A DNA stretch of 64,000 nt. Origin: Lachnospiraceae bacterium (GTDB lineage: Bacteria > Bacillota > Clostridia > Lachnospirales > Lachnospiraceae). The DNA lies in contig JAJQGP010000003.1 in the NCBI GenBank assembly GCA_021200475.1, positions 18,836 to 82,835 on the forward strand, read 5' to 3'. The notes under the pieces are model-generated. The model was not told the DNA's origin and did no database searches. It was given only the letters and a program-made list of their open reading frames with translations. The position numbers and the translations under genes are program-made. Below are positions 1 through 9,065 of this stretch, piece by piece. Position 1 is the stretch's first letter, and the number at the start of each line of letters is the position of its first letter.

Positions 1-62
1 AGACCGGCGGAACCGGCGGTTACGCTTTTCAGGAAATCTCTTCTGCTAATGTCTTTACTCAT
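1..62 (-). CDS. N-terminus of a Tat-signal exported protein (runs off the left window edge)
   Basis: The minus strand reads AAGGAAGGTAAAGGACGCT-ATG, then MSKDISRRDFLKSVTAGSAG. This gives an SD-like sequence plus the twin-arginine motif SRRDFLK. Not in the ORF track. Confidence 0.8.
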   Translation of the reverse strand, partial: MSKDISRRDFLKSVTAGSAG

Positions 63-394
63 AGCGTCCTTTACCTTCCTTTCTTTTCATAACATTACAA
101 CCTTCAGACTCTCTGTCTTTTCGGCTGCCGGCTTTCGGCGAAAAAATTCTCCGGCAAACTGAGAAATGCCTGTAAGAAGAAGCCTGCGTTCTCATGTACT
201 TTTGATTATAATTGCTGACAAAAAAGGAAAAAAGCGGCAGTATTTTCAGGAATGGCAAAAAATGCGGACACGGGAAACAAATACGGGCGTTCCGGAACCG
301 TGCAAAAACTGCACAAACTGAAAAAAATGAAAATCCTGTTTTCAGCGATCTGCGAAGGGTGGATTGGCATTTTCACTATTTCCTCAACCGGGCG

Positions 395-422
395 TTGACA
401 AAATTCGGATATTATGTATAAT
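395..422 (+). promoter_or_regulatory. sigmaA-type promoter for the opp operon
   Basis: TTGACA (395-400), 16 bp spacer, TATAAT (417-422), upstream of the ATG at 595. Confidence 0.7.
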
Positions 423-594
423 GAACCTATGCGAAAGAAGAAAACTGGGGTTGATTTCGGAAAGAGCATTGTACAGGGACGTACAACGTGCTTTTTTGCT
501 ATTATGGACTTTGTGACTGCATAATGGCACAGCTTTAACACGGTAAATCGCCACAATTCTTTCCTACATTTATATATAGGAGGTAAAAATCATC

Positions 595-2754
595 ATGATT
601 GGAAAAATTTCCAGACGGGATTTTCTGAAGGGTTCCGCGGCGACGGCGGCTTCCCTGGCACTTTCCATGACGTTTGCGGGCGGCTTTTCACAGAGCGTAG
701 TACAGGCGTCGGAGGACATTGACTTTGATGAGTATTATACGACTTCTACCGAGATCTACAATGAGGTGCTCGGCGAATTCTATGACGCGTATATGGTATC
801 AAAGGATGCGGAGACGGTATCCGAGCGTTATGCGCTGATGGCAGTTGCAGAGGCGAAGATTATGGAGGCGGCTGTATTCCTGCCGACGAACTCAAACGGC
901 GGTTCATACCGTCTGACCAGAGTCGTTCCGTATTCCGCTACGACGACCCTCTGGGGCAATGATTCAGATCGGTATTTTACCGTGCTGGTTACCACGGAGA
1001 TGATCTCGCTTGAGGATTACAACGCACTGAAGACTCTGTGGAATGAGACCAGAGGCACCGGCACTTATGAGAGTGAGGCGCGTGCATATCTGGAGGAGCA
1101 CGGATATGAAGTAAAGGATGAATATAATCTCGCATATAACACAGATCCGGTGACCTGGGATGCTCTGGCGACTTCCCTTTCCGCGGACTCTGAGGCGATT
1201 GTCAATACCTATGACGGTCTGATGCTTTATGATGTAGAGAATGAGCTTCAGCCGGCGCTGGCAGAGAGCTATGAGGTTTCTGAGGATGGCCTGACCTATA
1301 CCTTCCACATTCGTGAGGGCGTGTCATGGGTGGATTCCCAGGGCAGAGAGGCGGCAGGCGTGGTTGCGGATGACTTCGTAGCCGGTATGCAGCACATGAT
1401 GGACGCACAGGGGGGGCTTGAGTACCTGATCGAGGGCATTATCGTGAACGCTTCCGAGTATATCTCCGGCGAAGTGACCGATTTTGCTGAGGTCGGCGTA
1501 GAGGCAGTGGATGATTATACACTTGTCTATACACTGGAAGCTCCGTGCTCTTATTTCCTGACGATGCTCGGCTACAATGTATTTGCGCCGATGAGCCGTA
1601 CGTATTATGAGTCTCAGGGCGGCAAGTTCGGTATGGAGTATGATTCCTCCGCAGCGGATTACAATTACGGCAAGAGCGCGGATACCATCGCTTACTGCGG
1701 TCCGTATCTTGTGACCGGACATACCGAGCAGAACTCCATCGTCTTCTCCGCGAACCCGACCTACTGGAACGCAGATGCGGTGAACATTCAGACTCTGACC
1801 TGGAAGTACGATGACGGCAGCGACCCGACGAAGCTTTACAATGACTTCCTCAATGGCACGGTTGACGCGGTTGGTCTGACCTCTTCGATTCTGGAACTGG
1901 CGAAGTCAGATGGTTATTTTGATGATTACGCTTCCGTTTCCGGTACGGATGCGACGACCTTCTTCAATATGTACAACCTGAACCGTGTTGCTCTCGTGAA
2001 CTTTAACGATGGCACGACCGCTCCTTCACCGAAGACCGAGGAAGAGCTGGAGCGCTCCAACGTGGCGATGAAGAATGTACACTTCCGCCGTGCGCTTTCC
2101 TATGCGACCGACCGTGCGTCCATGATGGCGCAGGTACGCGGCGATGAGCTGAAGTACACGAATATGCGCAACTCCTACACGCCGTGGAACTTTGTATCCC
2201 TTGAAGAGGATGTGACCATTGATATCAACGGCGAGGCGACGACCTTTGCGGCTGGCACCTATTATGGTGTGATCATGCAGGCGCAGCTGGATGCGGATGG
2301 AATTCCGATGAATGTTTATGACGCGTCTGCAGACGACGGCAACGGCAGCGGCGACGGCTATGACGGCATCTACAATGTAGACAATGCAGTAGCTGAGATG
2401 GCGACAGCTGTGGAAGAGCTGGCGGCAAAAGGTGTGGACATCAGCGCTGAGAACCCGATCTACCTTGATCTGGTATATCCGAGCCAGGTAGAAGCGTACA
2501 CGAACCGTGCGAACGCGTTCAAGCAGTCGATTGAGGGTGCTCTTGACGGACAGATCATCATCAACATGGTCGACGGCAGCGATTACTCAGGCTGGTATTA
2601 CGCGAATTATTACAACACCTATGGCTATGAGCAGAACAGCGATATCAACGATACGACAGGCTGGGGTCCGGACTACGGTGATCCATCCACCTATCTTGAT
2701 ACACTCCTTCCGGATTACGCGGGCTACATGACTAAGGGCTTTGGTATCTTCTAA
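595..2754 (+). CDS. oppA: Oligopeptide ABC substrate-binding protein (AmiA/OppA-like, family 5), circularly permuted, Tat signal
   Basis: Motifs DPVTWD, PALAESYEVSEDGLTYTFHIREG, GPY and WGPDYGDPSTYLD; SRRDFLK signal; SD GGAGG before the ATG. Confidence 0.9.
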   Translation: MIGKISRRDFLKGSAATAASLALSMTFAGGFSQSVVQASEDIDFDEYYTTSTEIYNEVLGEFYDAYMVSKDAETVSERYALMAVAEAKIMEAAVFLPTNSNGGSYRLTRVVPYSATTTLWGNDSDRYFTVLVTTEMISLEDYNALKTLWNETRGTGTYESEARAYLEEHGYEVKDEYNLAYNTDPVTWDALATSLSADSEAIVNTYDGLMLYDVENELQPALAESYEVSEDGLTYTFHIREGVSWVDSQGREAAGVVADDFVAGMQHMMDAQGGLEYLIEGIIVNASEYISGEVTDFAEVGVEAVDDYTLVYTLEAPCSYFLTMLGYNVFAPMSRTYYESQGGKFGMEYDSSAADYNYGKSADTIAYCGPYLVTGHTEQNSIVFSANPTYWNADAVNIQTLTWKYDDGSDPTKLYNDFLNGTVDAVGLTSSILELAKSDGYFDDYASVSGTDATTFFNMYNLNRVALVNFNDGTTAPSPKTEEELERSNVAMKNVHFRRALSYATDRASMMAQVRGDELKYTNMRNSYTPWNFVSLEEDVTIDINGEATTFAAGTYYGVIMQAQLDADGIPMNVYDASADDGNGSGDGYDGIYNVDNAVAEMATAVEELAAKGVDISAENPIYLDLVYPSQVEAYTNRANAFKQSIEGALDGQIIINMVDGSDYSGWYYANYYNTYGYEQNSDINDTTGWGPDYGDPSTYLDTLLPDYAGYMTKGFGIF

Positions 2755-2773
2755 AATTGCATCTTTTAAAATT

Positions 2774-2834
2774 GTTCAGAACAGCAGTGAAGTGAATGCA
2801 GGAACAGGTTTACCTGCGAAAGGGCTGGTTTGAA
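2774..2834. repeat. Degenerate family-A palindromic element
   Basis: Begins GTTCAGAACAGCAG like the other A copies and ends with a degenerate GCTGGTTTGAA. Confidence 0.45.
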
Positions 2835-3017
2835 GCATAGAGTAAAGTTTGGACCGCAGGGGGCCGGGGGTCTCCCCCGTTTTCCTGCGGTCGTTTCATG
2901 AGTAAGGCGTAGCTGCGCGGCTGGTTTGCGGTTACAGCCGGTACCAGAGCTTTTGCCCGGAAGATTCCCTTAAGGAGGGCAGAACCCGGAGGAACCCAAA
3001 AAGATAGGAGAGGCACA

Positions 3018-4589
3018 GTGGGAAAATATTTAGTCAAACGAATTATCACAGGCCTGTTGTCGGTCGTTGTCGTGGTCGCCTGTGTCATGATCATGGTTTA
3101 TTCTCTCCTGAATCGTGATCTGGTCTTTGCGGCGGATACGACATACACGCATCAGAGCAACAACCAGAAGACCGTTTATAAGTACTCTAAGTGGGAAGAG
3201 TACGGTTATCTGGATTATGTGACATATTCCGATTATCTGTCCATGCTCGTCGATGAGGGAGAGATCGATGAGGATACCCGGAGCTCGGCGGTGAGCTTTG
3301 GCCGGACCGCAGACGCGGATTCGGAGCTGGTATCCGAATATGTGCAGAAATTTACGGAGTATTATGAATCGAGAGGATATACGGTGACGCGGCTGGATGC
3401 GGTCATGATGAACGCGAAGAAGGTCGCGACCGGCGGGCAGCAGCAGCTCTACGCTTACAAGGATGTTCCGCTGATCACCAGGCTGATCAAATACTTCAGC
3501 GGAATGATCACCGTCGATAATATCCACAATGTTGAGGAAGACATCGGAGAGCGGGGACTGACGTTCACCCTTTATGACCCGGTTTACGGTGGAGACAAAT
3601 TATCGCCGGCGATTATGGGAAATGGTACGACGCATAAGTACCTGCTTTATATGACGTCGAGTTTTCCATTTATTCACCAGAACCTGGTATCGATCAATCT
3701 TGGCGAATCGTATACGGTCAACACGGGCGTGGACGTGTTTACGACAATGACGCGGAGCCAGGGCTCGTATGTCTCAAGTACGATCACCTACCCAACCGGG
3801 CTGACAGAGGAAAGCGCCGATGATCTGCACTCTGCGACCTATCTGGCAGGTTCTCTGGGGACGAGCCAGGTTTACGCGACCCGCTATACGGATGATTACA
3901 CGAGCGTGCAGACCGTGAAAAAGGGCGCTTCCAAGATTGGCTATTCTTTTATCATCGGTATTCTGGCAGTGGCGCTGTCTTATCTGCTTGGAGTGCCTCT
4001 TGGTATTCTGATGGCGCTCAAAAAGGATACGATTGTGGATCAGATCGGTACGGTTTATGTGATCTTTATCATTGCGGTGCCGTCCCTGGCGTATATTTTC
4101 CTTTTCAAAGCGATTGGCGGGAAGATTGGACTGCCCACGACCTTTGACGTCGAGAAGCTGAAGTGGACGATGTATGTGCTGCCGGTGATTTCGCTTGCCT
4201 TGCCGTCCATCGCGAGCCTGATGAAGTGGCTGCGCCGTTACATGATTGATCAGATGAATGCGGACTATGTGAAGTTCGCGCGGGCAGGCGGCCTGACGGA
4301 GTCGGAGATTTTCAGCCGGCATATTTTCAAAAACGCAGTGATCCCGATCGTGCAGGGTATCCCGGGCAGTGTCCTGGGCGCGCTGGTCGGCGCGATCATT
4401 ACGGAACGTGTGTACGTCGTTCCCGGCGCCGGCGGTTTGCTGACGGATGCGATTAACAAATACGACAATGGCGTGATTGTGGGCGTGACCCTGTTTTACG
4501 CGCTGCTGTCCGTGATTTCCATTATCCTCGGCGATGTGCTGATGTCCGTTGTGGATCCGAGGATTTCATTTACATCGAAAGACAGGTAG
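3018..4589 (+). CDS. oppB: Oligopeptide ABC permease (AmiC/OppB-like) with large extracytoplasmic loop
   Basis: N-terminal TM helix, large loop, EAA motif (DYVKFARAGGLTESEIFSRHIFKNA), TERVY.VPG.G; GTG start with GGAG SD. Confidence 0.9.
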   Translation: MGKYLVKRIITGLLSVVVVVACVMIMVYSLLNRDLVFAADTTYTHQSNNQKTVYKYSKWEEYGYLDYVTYSDYLSMLVDEGEIDEDTRSSAVSFGRTADADSELVSEYVQKFTEYYESRGYTVTRLDAVMMNAKKVATGGQQQLYAYKDVPLITRLIKYFSGMITVDNIHNVEEDIGERGLTFTLYDPVYGGDKLSPAIMGNGTTHKYLLYMTSSFPFIHQNLVSINLGESYTVNTGVDVFTTMTRSQGSYVSSTITYPTGLTEESADDLHSATYLAGSLGTSQVYATRYTDDYTSVQTVKKGASKIGYSFIIGILAVALSYLLGVPLGILMALKKDTIVDQIGTVYVIFIIAVPSLAYIFLFKAIGGKIGLPTTFDVEKLKWTMYVLPVISLALPSIASLMKWLRRYMIDQMNADYVKFARAGGLTESEIFSRHIFKNAVIPIVQGIPGSVLGALVGAIITERVYVVPGAGGLLTDAINKYDNGVIVGVTLFYALLSVISIILGDVLMSVVDPRISFTSKDR

Positions 4590-4595
4590 GGGCTT

Positions 4596-5567
4596 ATGAG
4601 CAGAGTAGATTATGAAAAATACGGTATGACCAAAGAGGAACTGTTCGCCCCTGTCGAGCACAGTGATCTTGAATCTGAGAAGATCACCGCTCCGCGATAC
4701 TCCTACTGGAACTCCGTGTTTCGTGTGTTTTTCCGTAAAAAGATTAATTTTGTAATACTTGGCCTTCTGGTCGTTATTTTACTGTTCACGTACGTTTATC
4801 CGGCATTGGTGGATTATGATCGGTTCGGGAACCTGCTGGATTCGACGACGAAGCACCTGGGGCCGCTTCAGGCAATGAAACAGCTGGGGTATAACATCCA
4901 CTGGATTCTGGGCTCGGGCAGCTCCGGACAGTCCACTTTTGACGCAGTCTGGTACGGCGCACGTATTTCTGTGTCACTGGCTTTCGTCTGTGCAGCGATC
5001 AACCTGACGATCGGTACGATTGTCGGTGCGCTCTGGGGGTTTTCCAGAAGAATGGATTCCATTATGATCCCGATTTATAATATTATCGGGAACGTGCCGA
5101 TGGTCCTGTTGGTTTCGGTGCTCGTCATGCTTCTGTCAGCGAGCTTCTGGACGCTGGTATTATCCCTGACGATTACCGAATGGCTGTTTGTTGCTTATTT
5201 TATCCGAACGCAGGTTATCATTATCCGTGACAGGGAGTACAATCTGGCGTCCAAGTGTCTGGGGTCCAGCTCGGTACGGATTACGATGAAGAATATTCTG
5301 CCGTTCATGACCTCTATAATCGTGACTCTGACAGCGACAGAGATTCCGTCCTATATTTCTTACGAAGTGTTCCTCGCCTACATTGGCATGGGTCTTTCGG
5401 AGATGTCGCTGGGGCGCCTGATTTACGCGGCGGAGAGCGCGATGGTGACGCCGGGATGGGAATTCGAATTCTGGTCTCCGGTAGCAGTCGTGGCGATCAT
5501 TACGGTCGTTCTGTATGTTGTGGGGCAGAACCTGGGCGACGCGACTGACCCGAGAACGCATATGTAA
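4596..5567 (+). CDS. oppC: Oligopeptide ABC permease (AmiD/OppC-like)
   Basis: SYWNSVFRVF N-terminal motif, EAA motif REYNLASKCLGSS, multiple TM helices. Confidence 0.9.
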   Translation: MSRVDYEKYGMTKEELFAPVEHSDLESEKITAPRYSYWNSVFRVFFRKKINFVILGLLVVILLFTYVYPALVDYDRFGNLLDSTTKHLGPLQAMKQLGYNIHWILGSGSSGQSTFDAVWYGARISVSLAFVCAAINLTIGTIVGALWGFSRRMDSIMIPIYNIIGNVPMVLLVSVLVMLLSASFWTLVLSLTITEWLFVAYFIRTQVIIIRDREYNLASKCLGSSSVRITMKNILPFMTSIIVTLTATEIPSYISYEVFLAYIGMGLSEMSLGRLIYAAESAMVTPGWEFEFWSPVAVVAIITVVLYVVGQNLGDATDPRTHM

Positions 5568-5579
5568 GGGAGGCCGGTT

Positions 5580-7331
5580 ATGGAAGAACAGAAGGTATTA
5601 TTATCGGTAAAGGATCTGTGGGTGAAGTTCCGTGTGCGCGGCCGGGTGCTGACTGCGATTCGTGGGATTTCCCTGGATATTTATGAGGGCGAGTCGATCG
5701 CCATCGTGGGCGAGTCTGGTTCTGGAAAGTCTGTGTTTACGAAGACTTTTTCCGGTATGAACGACGCGAACGGATTTATTGACCAGGGAACGATTATCTT
5801 CAATGACGAGGAACTGGCGGACACGACAGCTCCGCTGAATAACAGAGCGAAAAGGCTGATTGAGCGCTCCAGACGCCAGCTGGATCAGTATGCGAAGCTG
5901 GAACTGGGCGCTGCGGTTTACCGGAAGATGCAGGATCTCGAGTCAGAGAAGCACCGCAGGGAATGCGTCAGTGAGGAAGAGCAGAACCGGGAAAAAGAAG
6001 AACTGGATGGGCTGGTTGCGAAGCGGACGGATCTGTATAATCTGAAGCAGACGCTTGACCCGCATAAGGAAAAGGATAAGATTCATGAGATGTCCAGGCA
6101 GATTTCCGCGCTGGACAAACAGATCAAAGAAGTACAGAAAAAGGACGGGGAGCTTTTAAAAGAGCAGCAGAAAAAAGCTTCACAGGACACCACGTTTCTG
6201 AAGGAATATGAGCAGAAAAAAGCCGCGCTGCAGGCGGAATATGATAAGCTGATTCAGGGAGAGATTTCAGAAAAGACAAAGCAGCGCAATGAGATTCTTG
6301 CAAAGGAAATTTACCTGTCTATTGGCCGATACGATGGAAGACAGCGCAGCAAGCTGGCAAAAGGCCTGACGGAAGCGCTGAAGCAGGCGATGCAGATCGG
6401 GGTGGATCTGGATGACGAAAATGAGCGCAATAAGGTTTTCGATACGGTCGCGTTTCGTGTGCGGTATCTGGATGAGACAGCAGATACGATTCACGGCACC
6501 TGTGTGCTGAACCTGGCGAATGTGAAGTACGCGAAGGACTGGAGCCGCATCCGCGGCAGGAAGATCGCGACGGTGTTCCAGGATCCGATGACCTCTTTGA
6601 ACCCGATTCTGACGATTGGAAAGCAGATTACTTCTATTATAATTAAACATCAGGGCTGTTCAGAAGGCGAAGCCAGAAAACGTGCGCTGGTGCTGATGCA
6701 CAAGGTTGGCATTCCGAACGCGGAGGCGCGTTTTGACGATTATCCGTTCCAGTATTCGGGCGGTATGCGTCAGAGGATCGTCATCGCGATTGCACTTTCC
6801 TGCCAGCCGAAGATCCTGATCTGCGACGAACCGACCACCGCTCTCGATGTGACGATTCAGGCACAGATTTTGCAGCTGTTAAAAGACCTGCAGAAGGAGC
6901 TGGGCTTCACGATTGTCTTTATTACGCATGACCTTGGCGTTGTGGCCAACATTGCGGACCGCGTGGCTGTGCTGTATGCCGGACAGATTGTCGAGCTTGG
7001 CAAGGTGGAGGAGGTCTTTTACGACCCGCGCCACCCGTACACCTGGGCGCTTCTTTCCTCGCTGCCGCAGCTGGCGCAGCGGAACACGAAGCTGTACTCC
7101 ATCACAGGTACGCCGCCTTCGCTCTACAATCAGATCGTAGGCGACGCGTTTGCTCCCAGAAACCCGTATTGCATGAAGATCGACACTTTGGAGGAGCCGC
7201 CAATGTTCCCGGTCACAGAGACGCATTTTGCGAAGACGTGGCTGCTGGATGAGGACGCTCCGGAAGTGGAAGGCCCGGAGGCGATCCGGGACATCCACCA
7301 GAAGCTGCTTGATGCGTATCACCTGGCGTGA
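5580..7331 (+). CDS. oppD: Oligopeptide ABC ATPase (OppD) with long coiled-coil insertion
   Basis: Walker A GESGSGKS, FQDPMTSLNP, signature YSGGMRQR, Walker B ILICDEPT, HPYT oligopeptide C-terminal domain. Confidence 0.92.
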   Translation: MEEQKVLLSVKDLWVKFRVRGRVLTAIRGISLDIYEGESIAIVGESGSGKSVFTKTFSGMNDANGFIDQGTIIFNDEELADTTAPLNNRAKRLIERSRRQLDQYAKLELGAAVYRKMQDLESEKHRRECVSEEEQNREKEELDGLVAKRTDLYNLKQTLDPHKEKDKIHEMSRQISALDKQIKEVQKKDGELLKEQQKKASQDTTFLKEYEQKKAALQAEYDKLIQGEISEKTKQRNEILAKEIYLSIGRYDGRQRSKLAKGLTEALKQAMQIGVDLDDENERNKVFDTVAFRVRYLDETADTIHGTCVLNLANVKYAKDWSRIRGRKIATVFQDPMTSLNPILTIGKQITSIIIKHQGCSEGEARKRALVLMHKVGIPNAEARFDDYPFQYSGGMRQRIVIAIALSCQPKILICDEPTTALDVTIQAQILQLLKDLQKELGFTIVFITHDLGVVANIADRVAVLYAGQIVELGKVEEVFYDPRHPYTWALLSSLPQLAQRNTKLYSITGTPPSLYNQIVGDAFAPRNPYCMKIDTLEEPPMFPVTETHFAKTWLLDEDAPEVEGPEAIRDIHQKLLDAYHLA

Positions 7332-7351
7332 AAGGGAGAAGGGAGTAAGCT

Positions 7352-8659
7352 GTGGCGAAACAGAATCAGGAATTAGGATCCAGTGCGTCCCATCTGCCGG
7401 AGCACGGTCCGATTGATGAGCAGGGCAGAGAAATTTTATTATCCGTTAAAAATGTGGATATTACGTTTGGAAAGGGCGAGAATGCGGTTCGCGCCGTGAA
7501 GAACGCTTCTTTTGATATTTATAAGGGCGAGACCTTTTCCCTGGTGGGTGAGTCTGGTTCCGGCAAGACGACGATCGGGCGCGCGGTAATCCGCGTTAAC
7601 CCGTGCGCGGCTGGCGAGATCCAGTATAAGGGCGTCCGCATTTCCGGCAAGATTCCGCATTCCCTTGACCGGGAGGTCATCCGGAATATCCAGATGGTAT
7701 TTCAGGATCCGGCGGCTTCGCTGAATGAGCGTGCGACGGTCGACTATATTGTATCAGAAGGTCTGTACAACTTCCACCTGTACGAAAACGAGGCGGATCG
7801 TGTCCGTAAGGTGGAAAACATCATTGAAGAAGTAGGTCTTTTGAAAGAACATCTGACCCGCTATCCGCACGAGTTTTCCGGCGGACAGCGCCAGAGAATC
7901 GGTCTGGCGAGAGCGATGGTCATGGAACCGGAGCTGGTCGTAGCGGACGAGCCGATCTCCGCGCTCGACGTCTCCATCCGTGCGCAGGTGCTGAACCTGA
8001 TGAAGAAATTCCAGGAGGAAAAGGACGTCACCTACCTCTTTATCGCACATGACCTTTCCGTCGTGCGGTTCATCTCGGACCGCATCGGCGTTATCTACAA
8101 AGGCAATATTGTAGAGATTGCGGCAGCGGAAGAACTGTTTGACTTTCCATTGCATCCCTACACTCACTCGCTGATCTCGGCGATTCCGATCCCGGATCCG
8201 CAGCTGGAGAAAAACAAGGTGCTGTATACCTACGATCCTTCGATCCATGACTACAGTACAGATCAGCCGGAGCTGGTCAACATCGGTCATGACCATTATG
8301 TCTACGGAAACAAAAAAGAGATTGAGGAATACCGCAAGATCCGTGAGAAGGGAGAGATCCTGCAGCCGATCCGTATCCTGAAAGAAGGAGAGGAACGCCC
8401 GAAGGAGGAGAAGGACGGTTCGCTGACTGCGGCGGACGATCAGTTCCTGAAGGCGCCGGTACACGATACCGGCAGCGGGATTTATATGTTCCTGTCGTTC
8501 TTCCTGCCGATCATCGGACTGATCGCGGGGCAGATATTTAAGAGCAAGCAGTATTATCGAAACTATCACGCCTGCAAAAAGGGCGCGATCGCCGGCCTGA
8601 TCACGCTGGCGGTAATCATCGTCATCTTCCTGATCTTCCTGGGGCTGGCGATCATATGA
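7352..8659 (+). CDS. oppF: Oligopeptide ABC ATPase (OppF) with C-terminal two-TM extension
   Basis: [35 protein letters not shown]; hydrophobic C-terminal tail. Confidence 0.92.
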   Translation: MAKQNQELGSSASHLPEHGPIDEQGREILLSVKNVDITFGKGENAVRAVKNASFDIYKGETFSLVGESGSGKTTIGRAVIRVNPCAAGEIQYKGVRISGKIPHSLDREVIRNIQMVFQDPAASLNERATVDYIVSEGLYNFHLYENEADRVRKVENIIEEVGLLKEHLTRYPHEFSGGQRQRIGLARAMVMEPELVVADEPISALDVSIRAQVLNLMKKFQEEKDVTYLFIAHDLSVVRFISDRIGVIYKGNIVEIAAAEELFDFPLHPYTHSLISAIPIPDPQLEKNKVLYTYDPSIHDYSTDQPELVNIGHDHYVYGNKKEIEEYRKIREKGEILQPIRILKEGEERPKEEKDGSLTAADDQFLKAPVHDTGSGIYMFLSFFLPIIGLIAGQIFKSKQYYRNYHACKKGAIAGLITLAVIIVIFLIFLGLAII

Positions 8660-8667
8660 TTTAACCA

Positions 8668-8881
8668 GTTCAGAGCAGCAACAAAATGAAAAGACAGACT
8701 GTGCAGATTTATCTGCAAAAGGCTGTATTTTCATTTTGGGATGGGCGGGCGCTGAACGTCCAGTGGACGTTCGCTTAGCGCCGACCGAAGTGGAACGGAG
8801 ACGCCCATCAGCCACAGATATATGACGCGAAAGCGGCATATAGGCTGCGTAGCAGACGGTCTGTGGCCTGCTGCTCTGAAC
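8668..8881. repeat. Family-A MITE/REP-like palindromic element (long copy)
   Basis: Perfect 13 bp terminal IR GTTCAGAGCAGCA/TGCTGCTCTGAAC; internal hairpin GAACGTCC-AGT-GGACGTTC; shares blocks with 48450-48564. Confidence 0.8.
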
Positions 8882-9065
8882 GATTAGTAGTATTATCTTA
8901 ATAAAATAAGATAGCCGCAGGGAACCGTCAAAGGAGATTGGGCGGTTTACCTGCGGCTACACTTTTACAGGTGAGCCGCGCCGTGCAGAATTGCCTGCGG
9001 CAATGGCGCGGCCTGCGTTATAAGGAATCCTCCGGCAGGCCGGTTTCCCTTATGACATATCATGA

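Noticed and set aside
55-556. Short ORFs 55-258, 206-556 and 212-421 in the ORF track
   Set aside because: They lie in a promoter-bearing divergent intergenic region and show no recognisable motif. The credible gene here starts at 62 on the minus strand.
2755-3017. Riboswitch or T-box between oppA and oppB
   Set aside because: Hairpins are present, but I found no T-box, SAM, FMN, TPP or lysine riboswitch signature. They are better explained as repeats or mRNA-stabilising stems.
3018-4589. Large extracellular loop of OppB as a novelty
   Set aside because: Streptococcal AmiC-type permeases are known to be about 500 aa with such a loop.
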